Shown: in pieces, positions 44,822 to 53,119 of the stretch | Layout: each line of letters opens with the position of its first letter | How positions within the stretch are numbered: position 1 is the stretch's first letter | Origin: Bryobacterales bacterium | Lineage (GTDB): Bacteria; Acidobacteriota; Terriglobia; Bryobacterales; JACQDG01 | Assembly (NCBI GenBank): GCA_035652135.1 | Contig: DASREK010000015.1 | Location: forward strand, 14,846-78,845 | Direction of reading: 5' to 3' | DNA length: 64,000 nucleotides | Notes under the pieces: model-generated | The model's database searches: none | What the model saw: only the letters and a program-made list of their open reading frames with translations | Told to the model about the DNA's origin: nothing | Position numbers and translations under genes: made by a program

Positions 44822-46402
44822 TTACCGAGAAATAGAAACGGCCGGCCCGCGCGGCCCAAACCGGCCGTCCACATCGAGAAAAGGACGTTTTGCCTCCGTC
44901 CTGGAGCCGGCGAAGGCCGCCATGACCCGGGAGTCGGTTTCATCTGCCTGGGCTGATACTCCAGCGACCTCAAGAAACTTCTGATTGCTGTAATAGAAGT
45001 CGCGATAGTCTGTCACCTCACCCGCTTCCAACGCGCTCTTGAGTTCGCGAATCCCGTCTTCCAGCGACCACTGGGACCGGAATCCAAGCTGGTTTTGTAT
45101 CTTCGTGAACGACACGCGATAGTTTCTATGATCCGCGTTATCGATGTTTTCTACGCAAATGCCCGGAAACTCATGACGAATTTTTTCCGCGACTTGCGAC
45201 AACGTAAAATTCAAACGCGGATCGCCGACGTTAAAGATTTGACCGCTGACGACTCCGAGCGGGGCGGTCATTACATGTTCAACAGCCGGCGCCACGTCCC
45301 GCACATGAAGAAATGGCCGCCACTGCTGGCCGTTGTAGATGGTGATCACTTTTTCCTGGTAAGCCTTGGCTGTCAGCAGATTTACTACCAGATCAAATCG
45401 GGGCCGATAGGAGTGCCCGAAGACGGTCGACAGGCGCAGAATTACAGGATGAAAGGACTCGCTGTGCGCTTCCAACAGCGCTTCTTCCGAATTGACCTTC
45501 GTCCGCGCATACAGCGACACCGGATTCACAGTCGCCCGCTCATCCACCAGCTCTTCACTGATTCCATACACACTGCAACTGGAAGCGAAAATGAATCGCC
45601 CGATACAATAGCCTTTGGCCACCTCAATTAACATCCTGGTGGCGGCATAGTTGACCTCGAGAGCCGTCTGGCGGTCTTGTTCGCAAGCGGGATCACCGAC
45701 GATGGCCGCCAGGTGAACAATGGCATGAACTCCCTTTACAGCTCCGACGACTGTTTGAATATTGCGGCAATCGCCAACGACCAGCTGGAGATTGGGATGG
45801 TTCAAAATATCCCGGATCGACGCATACCCATAGACGAGGCTATCCAGCAACCGCACGTTGTAGCCCCGATCGAGCAGCCGCCGGGTGAGTATTGATCCGA
45901 TGTATCCCGCTCCTCCGACGATTAGAACACTGGCCGGATCGGCAAGCCGACGCGGCGCAGTTTTCTCCACGGCACGCCGCGTCCGGCGGAAGGCGTCTTG
46001 GGCCGCACGAGCTAAAGTCACGGCAATAATGACCAGAGCCGCAAACCAGGCGGCCAGACTCTCAGAAACCAGACCTTCCTGAAAGACCAAGTAATTCGCC
46101 AAAAGATAAAACAACACAGCCAGGCCGGCGCCCTTGACAATAGCTGTCCGCCGATACCGAATAAAATAGAATCCTGGCTTCTGATAAAAGCCGCTGGCCA
46201 TAAAGACCGCAGGAAAGATAAGGGAAAGCGGCCAGAAGCAATGCCAATAATATTGCGGAAATTCGGTTGCGATGTTGTGCGCGGTTTGTTGGTCGCCCAG
46301 AATCACGTGAAATGTAACGGCAAACGCAAGAGCCATCGCCATGCACACGTGAACGAGGATAAAATCCAGCAGACAGGCCAAGCTAATCTTCCCTAGCGAC
46401 AT
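44822..46402 (-). CDS. Membrane-anchored extended-SDR NAD-dependent sugar epimerase/dehydratase/reductase
   Basis: An N-terminal region of about 150 aa has about 4 TM helices. It is followed by the Rossmann motif VLIVGGAGYIGS and the catalytic SSCSVYG...YARTK. Confidence 0.8.
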   Translation of the reverse strand: MSLGKISLACLLDFILVHVCMAMALAFAVTFHVILGDQQTAHNIATEFPQYYWHCFWPLSLIFPAVFMASGFYQKPGFYFIRYRRTAIVKGAGLAVLFYLLANYLVFQEGLVSESLAAWFAALVIIAVTLARAAQDAFRRTRRAVEKTAPRRLADPASVLIVGGAGYIGSILTRRLLDRGYNVRLLDSLVYGYASIRDILNHPNLQLVVGDCRNIQTVVGAVKGVHAIVHLAAIVGDPACEQDRQTALEVNYAATRMLIEVAKGYCIGRFIFASSCSVYGISEELVDERATVNPVSLYARTKVNSEEALLEAHSESFHPVILRLSTVFGHSYRPRFDLVVNLLTAKAYQEKVITIYNGQQWRPFLHVRDVAPAVEHVMTAPLGVVSGQIFNVGDPRLNFTLSQVAEKIRHEFPGICVENIDNADHRNYRVSFTKIQNQLGFRSQWSLEDGIRELKSALEAGEVTDYRDFYYSNQKFLEVAGVSAQADETDSRVMAAFAGSRTEAKRPFLDVDGRFGPRGPAVSISR

Positions 46403-46438
46403 TCTCGGTTCTCCGGGTATAGCGTTGCGGGCTGATTG

Positions 46439-47632
46439 TCAGGAGGCAGCGGCATACCCGCCGCGCGGCGGAAGGCCGCGGAGGGAGCGCCCATTCGAAA
46501 TTGCTCTCCGGACGGCTACGATTACGTCCGCCACATCGCTGTCGGACATTTTTGGATAGAGCGGAAGAGAAAGCAGTTCATTGTAGATTTTCTCGGCTAT
46601 AGGAAAGGACGCCTCCGAGCAGTGCAGCGCTCTACGGTAGTAGGGGTGCCGGTGCAGGGGGGTGAAATGCACGCTCGTTCCGATGTTCGCTTGTCTGAGC
46701 TTTTCGATCAACAAATCGCGGCCGCCAGCCATGGAATCCACGCGTAATGGATATAGATGATATGTATGCCTTCGGCCGGGCGCTTCCGCGGGCAAGCGAA
46801 TTCCCGGGACGTCGGCCAGGCCGGCCGCGTAACTTTCTGCAATCTCCCGGCGGCGCTCGATGAAACCATCCAGCCGTTGCAACTGATGAATTCCCAAAGC
46901 GGCCTGGATATCGGTCATGTTGTACTTGTAACCCGCTTCGTGAACCTCGTAATACCACGACCCAGGCTGCGTATAGCGTTTCCACGCATCGCGGCTCATT
47001 CCATGCAGGGAGAGCAGGCGGATTCTGCCAGCCAGCCAGTCGTCGTTTGTGGTGAGCATGCCGCCTTCGCCGGTGGTCATGTTTTTCGTCGCATAAAAGC
47101 TGAAAGCGACTGCCTGGCCGTGGGCGCCTATCTTCTTCCCGCCGTACTCGGCCCCGACCGCATGGGCGGCATCCTCCAGGATCAGAACGTCGTGTTTTTT
47201 TCCCAAATCGAGCAGAGCGTCGAGATCGCAGGCCTGGCCGGCGTAGTGAACAGGTATGATGGCGCGGGTGCGGCCGCTCAGGCTGCGGCGAATAGCGTCC
47301 AGGCTTATGTGAAAATTGTCGTCCACGTCCGCCAGAACCGGCGTCGCCCCGAGATGGGCGACGACGTTCGCCGTCGCGCAGAACGTGAGTGTAGGCACGA
47401 TGACTTCATCGCCCGGGCCGATGCCAAAGGCGGCCAGCGCGACGTGCAGCGCAGCCGTGCAGGAGCTGAGCGCGATGGCGTGCTTTACCCCGACGTATTG
47501 GGCGAAATCCTGTTCAAACTTCTTCACCTTGGGTCCGGTGGTGACCCAGCCGCGCTGCAAGCTGTCCACAACTTCCTGAATTTCCTCGGGCCCGATAAAA
47601 GGCTGGCAATACGGCAGAAATGCGCTGCGCAT
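46439..47632 (-). CDS. DegT/DnrJ/EryC1/StrS-family sugar aminotransferase (PLP)
   Basis: PFIGPEEIQEVVDSLQRGWVTTGPKVKKFEQDFA...SCTAALHVAL...SFYATKNMTTGEGGML, with the PLP lysine. Confidence 0.9.
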   Translation of the reverse strand: MRSAFLPYCQPFIGPEEIQEVVDSLQRGWVTTGPKVKKFEQDFAQYVGVKHAIALSSCTAALHVALAAFGIGPGDEVIVPTLTFCATANVVAHLGATPVLADVDDNFHISLDAIRRSLSGRTRAIIPVHYAGQACDLDALLDLGKKHDVLILEDAAHAVGAEYGGKKIGAHGQAVAFSFYATKNMTTGEGGMLTTNDDWLAGRIRLLSLHGMSRDAWKRYTQPGSWYYEVHEAGYKYNMTDIQAALGIHQLQRLDGFIERRREIAESYAAGLADVPGIRLPAEAPGRRHTYHLYPLRVDSMAGGRDLLIEKLRQANIGTSVHFTPLHRHPYYRRALHCSEASFPIAEKIYNELLSLPLYPKMSDSDVADVIVAVRRAISNGRSLRGLPPRGGYAAAS

Positions 47633-47677
47633 AAAACGTGATCCGGTTAACCGGTTTGTGAAAAAAAGCGAGCCTGG

Positions 47678-48664
47678 CTAAACGAGCTTTCGGAAAGTAA
47701 GACTGGCGCCGCACAGGCGGAAGCCGCACTTTTCATACAAGCGTCCGGCTGCCAGGTTTCGCAATTGAGTCCCGACCTCGACAATGCGAACCCCTTTCTC
47801 GCGAAACCATCGGAGCGCTCCCAGGGTCGCCAGGCTTGCCACTCCCTGGCCGCGCGCGTTTTCCGCGGTCGCTACCATCACGATCGTCCCAAACGACACG
47901 CCGATCGTGGAAGCGGCTTCCTGGTCGATCTTGCAGGTGACGTAGCCCAGGACGCTCTCGCCCTGGGAGGCAATGATTACAGCATCGGCTGCGCTGCCCA
48001 GGCACGAGTTTCGCAGCCAGGCCTCGTTAATGTGATCGGCGGCGGCCGAGCTCAGAGCGTAGTCGGCATGGAACCGGTCATAAATATAGGCCGTCCTGGC
48101 GATTTTCAGCACCTGGTCGAGATCGGATTCGCGGAAAAGACGCACGCAAACGCCGCTGGGGGTTGCGGCGGGCGGAGCTTCCAGATCCAGTCCATCCAGT
48201 GAAATCGCGAACGTCTGGATGCCGTCGATCAACTCGAAGCCCGACGCCTCCAGGGCATGAATGGCCGAAAAGTCTCCGGTATCCACGCGAGCCGTTAAGT
48301 GCCGCACGCCCTCCCGCTGGCACTGTTTGTAAACATCGCCGATCAAGCGGCGCTTGACGTGTCGGCTGTCCCAGTAATCGCCCTCCGCGACTAGGAACTC
48401 GAGACGGGCGCTTGGGAACCCGAACAACTCGCTGTCCCAGAGCAGCTTGCTCCAGCAAGCCGCGCCGCATAGGGACTGGCCGCTCCATTGCAACAGCAGA
48501 GAAGCTTGTTCGCTCGACAGTAAGCGCTCCACCCTTTTTTGAGAGAGCCGTTGAAAGGCTTCCGCTGGTGCCAGATCTTGGTAGACACGGCGGCGAGCCA
48601 GGTTTTCCACAATGAAGCGCACCGCTACCTCTGATTCCGGAAGAACCGCGAGGGAGTTACTCAT
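47678..48664 (-). CDS. GNAT N-acetyltransferase with an N-terminal extra domain (WecD-like sugar N-acetyltransferase, tentative)
   Basis: C-terminal GNAT core VMVATAENARGQGVASLATLGALRWFREKGVRIVEVGTQLRNLAAGRLYEKCGF. The start ATG 48664 overlaps the upstream stop (ATGAGTAA). Confidence 0.75.
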   Translation of the reverse strand: MSNSLAVLPESEVAVRFIVENLARRRVYQDLAPAEAFQRLSQKRVERLLSSEQASLLLQWSGQSLCGAACWSKLLWDSELFGFPSARLEFLVAEGDYWDSRHVKRRLIGDVYKQCQREGVRHLTARVDTGDFSAIHALEASGFELIDGIQTFAISLDGLDLEAPPAATPSGVCVRLFRESDLDQVLKIARTAYIYDRFHADYALSSAAADHINEAWLRNSCLGSAADAVIIASQGESVLGYVTCKIDQEAASTIGVSFGTIVMVATAENARGQGVASLATLGALRWFREKGVRIVEVGTQLRNLAAGRLYEKCGFRLCGASLTFRKLV

Positions 48665-50459
48665 GGGAGTGCACCGGCTGATTTTCAGCAAGCGATTCGG
48701 GCTGTGCCGAGACGTAGATGCCGCGCCGGCTGACCACGTACGGCGCCGTCTTCAGCAGAAGCTTAACGTCGAGCAGCATCGAGCGCTTCTCGACGTACTC
48801 CACATCCAGTTGTTTGCGCTGTTGCCACGGGATGGAATTGCGGCCGTTGAGCTGAGCGAGACCCGTAATGCCAGGCTTGACGTCCAGGCGCCGCTTCTCG
48901 GCGGGAGTATAAAAGCTGAACTGATCCGGGAGTTCCGGCCTCGGACCGACCAGGCTCAGATCACCCGCGAGCACGTTGATCAACTGGGGCAACTCATCCA
49001 GGCTTGCCTTGCGCAGAAATCGCCCCACCGCGGTCAGCCGCGGATCCCGGTCGCCGTTGAAAGTGGAGCCGTCCGCGTTGCGTAGATCGGCGCACCCGGC
49101 GCGCATGGTGCGAAATTTATAAATGGTGAAGGGAACGCCGTAGCGTCCCAACCGGCGCTGCCGGAAGAGCGCTGGCCCCGGAGACGTCAGCCGGATCGCC
49201 GCCGCAATCAAGAACATCAGGGGACTCAGCAGCAGCAGCAGCAAGCCCGAAATCGCGACATCCAAAACGCGCTTCGCCGCCGGATACAACTTTGCTTTAT
49301 GCAACGCGGGGTTTTTGGTTCGCGTTTCCAGTTCTCTGACGGCTGCGCAGTACTCGTCTGCATATTTTTCGAGCATGGTTTGCTCCGTATACGACGCAAG
49401 ATAGACACTGCGAGCGGTGCGGCCCAAGCGTTCGGCCAAGCTCGGGTCAGCGATCAGCTTCTGCATGGCCTCTGCCAGCGCACCGTCGTCGCCCGGCGGT
49501 ACAAGCAGCGCCGCAGAGCCGTTTCGGGTCGCCTCACAGTTGCTGGAGATGGCCGTAGCCACGATCGGTTTGCCGGCAGCCATGGCTTCCAATAGTGCTA
49601 TCGAAAGGCCTTCCCGCACGCTCGGAAGGACCACCAGGTCGCTCGCCGCCAGCAGATCTCCGACATCGTTCCGGAATCCGAGAAACCGCACTCGCGGCGC
49701 AATGCCCAGTTCTACTGCCAGCGCGGCGATACCCTCCCGGATCGGGCCGCTGCCGGCCAGGCACACGCTCAGAGGCAGGCCGCGGCTGATTAACACCGAG
49801 GCGGCTCGCAGCAGATCCTCAATTCCTTTCAGCGGCGCCAGGCGCCCTGTCGAAAGTACAACTACCTCCTTAGCTCCCGCCTCCAAGCTCGCTCTTACCG
49901 CATCCCTGCCGGCAGCGGCTTCGACTCTCGATTGGGGAATTCCATTAGGTATAGCCCTGATCTGATGACCGCCGGCAATGCGCAATCGCAGGCCCCACCG
50001 GCGGTGAAACTCGCTGACAGTGAAGATCCGTCGGCACCAGCGGGAGGCCGCGCGCTCCAAAACGGAACAGGCTGCAATGACGAGCCGCGACGAGCGCTCG
50101 TGAAAGGCGAAACCGTGGGCGGTGTGAAAGATGATAGGAACTCCGGCGAGCCGCGCCGCCAGTCGTCCGACAAAGCCGCCCTTGGAGGTGTGCGTGTGCA
50201 CAATGGTGTAGCGCGCCGTTTTGAGAAAGCGATATAGGCGAAGCAAGCCCACAACGTCGCGGACAGGACGGATGCTGCGCCAGATTACATCGAGCGCCAC
50301 AACCCCGATTCCCGCCTCGCGCAGCGCGGCCTGAAACGTGGCATCGGTGGTCAAGACATCGACATCCCAGCCCATGCTTTTTGCGTGACGGGCCAGTTGG
50401 AGGATAATGATGGAACCGCCGCCAAACTTCGATTCGCCCACAATGTGAAGGACTTTCAT
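48657..50459 (-). CDS. Fusion protein: N-terminal GT4-type glycosyltransferase plus C-terminal small phosphoglycosyl transferase (bacterial sugar transferase, initiating enzyme)
   Basis: Residues 1-~370 are GT-B/GT4-like (MKVLHIVGESKFGGG...VLPSVREGLSIALLEAMAAGKPIV). Residues ~390-600 carry a re-entrant helix (VLDVAISGLLLLLLSPLMFLIAAAI) and then FRQRRLG..G.PFTIYKFRTM...DELPQLINVLAGDLSLVGPRP. Confidence 0.88.
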   Translation of the reverse strand: MKVLHIVGESKFGGGSIIILQLARHAKSMGWDVDVLTTDATFQAALREAGIGVVALDVIWRSIRPVRDVVGLLRLYRFLKTARYTIVHTHTSKGGFVGRLAARLAGVPIIFHTAHGFAFHERSSRLVIAACSVLERAASRWCRRIFTVSEFHRRWGLRLRIAGGHQIRAIPNGIPQSRVEAAAGRDAVRASLEAGAKEVVVLSTGRLAPLKGIEDLLRAASVLISRGLPLSVCLAGSGPIREGIAALAVELGIAPRVRFLGFRNDVGDLLAASDLVVLPSVREGLSIALLEAMAAGKPIVATAISSNCEATRNGSAALLVPPGDDGALAEAMQKLIADPSLAERLGRTARSVYLASYTEQTMLEKYADEYCAAVRELETRTKNPALHKAKLYPAAKRVLDVAISGLLLLLLSPLMFLIAAAIRLTSPGPALFRQRRLGRYGVPFTIYKFRTMRAGCADLRNADGSTFNGDRDPRLTAVGRFLRKASLDELPQLINVLAGDLSLVGPRPELPDQFSFYTPAEKRRLDVKPGITGLAQLNGRNSIPWQQRKQLDVEYVEKRSMLLDVKLLLKTAPYVVSRRGIYVSAQPESLAENQPVHSHE

Positions 50460-50492
50460 ATTCCGGATCCCGAACAGCCGCCGGCTGCGGGG

Positions 50493-51854
50493 CTATTCCA
50501 CAACATGGTCGAGTAAATACTCCAATTGGGGTTCTTGAGAGCTGGCGGCCTCTCTTACATTTTTCTGATCCCCGCCGGCTCTGTCCGGCTTGCGGCTTAA
50601 CGGATCCAGGCGCATCCAACGCAGGATTGCGTAGGTGGCCGCGGCGGCGGCCAACTGGGAGAGCGTGGCCGCCCAAGCCATGCCCACATCCATGTGCCGC
50701 GGGGCCAGCAGCACTGCCAGGCCGATGTTCAGAACTCCGGCGCCCAACACTATCAAGTTGAAGGGACGGTCCAGGTCGAGAGGCAGCATCCAGTGAACTC
50801 CCAGAACATTGCGAAGCGCAACTATGGGAGGAAGAATGGCAAAAACTCGCAGGACGACCGTGGCCGGCTCAAAACCCTTGCCGAGCAGTATCCGCACAAG
50901 CTGCGGCGCGAAGGCGAACATGAACAGACCCATCAGCAGGCCGATCGACACCAGCACGAGAGCGGCCAGCCGCGCGAACCTTTGCGTTTCCGGCCGAGAG
51001 CGCTTAGCCAGATTGCTGATGCGCGGGTAGGCGGCGTCGCTGACCGGCCCCAGCAGCCCCAGTATTGCCCGGCAGATTCTGTCAGCGCCGGCGTAGTAGC
51101 CGACCACGTGGGGAGGCGCGAACAAACCCAGGATAAATGCGTTGCCCACTGTGTACATGATCGAGGCATTCCGCGGAACGAAAGTGGTGATGCTGCCTCG
51201 CAATGCCCCCATCAGCAGGCTGATTCGCGGCAGCCGGAAACGAAGATCGCGGTAGACAAGGCCAAGCGACCCGGCCAGCGAAAGCAGCGACGCTCCGCCT
51301 TGAATGCCAAGCACCTTCCAGCCGTCGGCCGGAGCTCGTACCAGAAAGAAAATCGCCGCGACCGCCGAGCTCTTGGCCAGGAGATCGATGGTCACCGCCG
51401 CTTTCATGCGCTCGATGCCCTGGTAAAACCACATCATGTTGAGACCCTGGACCAGCGACCAAAACAGCCCGGCCCAGAACAAGGCGGAATGCTGGCGCAG
51501 CGGCAAAACGAAATGCCTGACTCCAAGGGCCATGACCAGGCATAACGCGACGAGCAGCAGCTTCGCCCCCATCACTCCGGCCACCAACTCGGAGAGCTTG
51601 TCCTTCGCTTCCTGGTGGCGGGCCACCTCGCGCGTCGCCGAAAACGTAAAGCCAAACTCCACGATCAGCAGGAGATATCCGCCGAAGGCTTGAACGAAGG
51701 CGACTTCCCCCCAACTCGACGGCCCCAGTACTCGACTCAGGTAGGGAACCGTAACGAGAGCGAGCAGATAACCCGAGCAATAGAGCCCGTAAAGCGCAGC
51801 TACGTTGTGCGCCAAACCGGAGGGAACACGAACGCTGAGAAAGCGCTTTACCAT
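50493..51854 (-). CDS. Wzx-type oligosaccharide flippase (MOP superfamily)
   Basis: About 453 aa from ATG 51854 (MVKRFLSVRVPSG...) with 12-14 TM segments in a MOP-like arrangement. Its start overlaps the upstream stop by 7 nt. Confidence 0.8.
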   Translation of the reverse strand: MVKRFLSVRVPSGLAHNVAALYGLYCSGYLLALVTVPYLSRVLGPSSWGEVAFVQAFGGYLLLIVEFGFTFSATREVARHQEAKDKLSELVAGVMGAKLLLVALCLVMALGVRHFVLPLRQHSALFWAGLFWSLVQGLNMMWFYQGIERMKAAVTIDLLAKSSAVAAIFFLVRAPADGWKVLGIQGGASLLSLAGSLGLVYRDLRFRLPRISLLMGALRGSITTFVPRNASIMYTVGNAFILGLFAPPHVVGYYAGADRICRAILGLLGPVSDAAYPRISNLAKRSRPETQRFARLAALVLVSIGLLMGLFMFAFAPQLVRILLGKGFEPATVVLRVFAILPPIVALRNVLGVHWMLPLDLDRPFNLIVLGAGVLNIGLAVLLAPRHMDVGMAWAATLSQLAAAAATYAILRWMRLDPLSRKPDRAGGDQKNVREAASSQEPQLEYLLDHVVE

Positions 51855-53113
51855 GCTCTCCCCGCACGTGCGGCTGTCCTCTTCGCAATCGCGCTGGATG
51901 CGCCGATCATCGCCATGATCAGCCACCAGTGCCTTTGATAAAGCGCCTCGATTCCGGCTGACAATCCGAGCATGCCGGCGTGCGCTCCCAACAAGCCCAC
52001 AATCAGCGGCCGCTCGTCCGGGCCCATCGATCGGTATGCGGCGGCTCCTCTAGTGAAAAACCACAACATTAGTCCTAAAAATATGCCGGCCCCGGCGAGT
52101 CCGAATTCGGTCATCATCCAAGCCGTGGTGTTATGAATGATGTACGGCCTTCGTAGAACAGTCGGGTCTCCCTTAGTGAACTGGTCAAATTGGCCCAACC
52201 CGATTCCGAACAGAGGACTTTGCGAAAAGAAGGGGAGAGCGTCCTGAATCTGCTGGAGGCGCTGGTGTGCTGTATTGGGACGGCGCGCCAGAAACACGGC
52301 CCGCGACTGGCCGAGCAAAAGCATCACAGCAAATGCGGCTGCGGCCCCCATGGCAGCATAAGCGGGCAACAGCGAAGGCCGGAACGCTGCGATCACCAGC
52401 AGCGCCGCGGCCAGGCCAATCCAAGCGGAACGCGAAAACGTCAGCATGAGCGCCGTGGCCAGCATCACGCTGGCTAAGGCTGCGGGAGTCCTGCCCAACA
52501 ACGGGCGCGGCGAAAACAGCGTCACGGTATTGGGGACCAGCGCTGCAACAAGCAAGCCTCCAAAGGCGTTTGGATCGATCAACATGCCCGAAACACGAGC
52601 GGCGCCGTAGTTGATCCTGGGCACGGATACCCCCGAGAAGTACACAACGACTCCCAGCAGCGCGTGCAGGGCCGCCGCGACTATGAAGATCCGAAGCAGC
52701 GAGCGTATGGCGGACCAACTTCCGCAGTTGCTCGTAATGCATAGATAGCTGCCCATCAGTGAGAGCAGGCCCAGGTCCTTAATGAGGATGTAAGAAGTCA
52801 ACTTGGCAAGCTGATTCAGCGCGACAAAAGTGGATATGAAAAATATGATCACCAGCGCCGCGTGAAAAACACTCCACGCCCCGCGGACAATGCGGATCCT
52901 CCCCAGCTCGATCGCAAAACAGAGGGCTAGAAACAGATCCGACGGAGCGAGATTCATGGTGTTGGATTCGAATTGCACAGGAAGCAAAAAAACATATGCT
53001 CCGAGAAAAAGGGGCAACAATCCTCTTCCATGCCCCGTTGCGGGGCCAGGGGAAGGGACTACATGCCATCGGGGCTCGCCCCGAAGCAGCGGCGATTGCA
53101 CTTCGGGCGTCAT
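51848..53113 (-). CDS. O-antigen ligase/Wzy-like polymerase family membrane protein
   Basis: 421 aa, polytopic, with the central motif LMLTFSRSAWIGLAAALLV typical of the Wzy_C/O-antigen ligase family. Confidence 0.75.
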   Translation of the reverse strand: MTPEVQSPLLRGEPRWHVVPSPGPATGHGRGLLPLFLGAYVFLLPVQFESNTMNLAPSDLFLALCFAIELGRIRIVRGAWSVFHAALVIIFFISTFVALNQLAKLTSYILIKDLGLLSLMGSYLCITSNCGSWSAIRSLLRIFIVAAALHALLGVVVYFSGVSVPRINYGAARVSGMLIDPNAFGGLLVAALVPNTVTLFSPRPLLGRTPAALASVMLATALMLTFSRSAWIGLAAALLVIAAFRPSLLPAYAAMGAAAAFAVMLLLGQSRAVFLARRPNTAHQRLQQIQDALPFFSQSPLFGIGLGQFDQFTKGDPTVLRRPYIIHNTTAWMMTEFGLAGAGIFLGLMLWFFTRGAAAYRSMGPDERPLIVGLLGAHAGMLGLSAGIEALYQRHWWLIMAMIGASSAIAKRTAARAGRAW

Positions 53114-53119
53114 GGCCGG

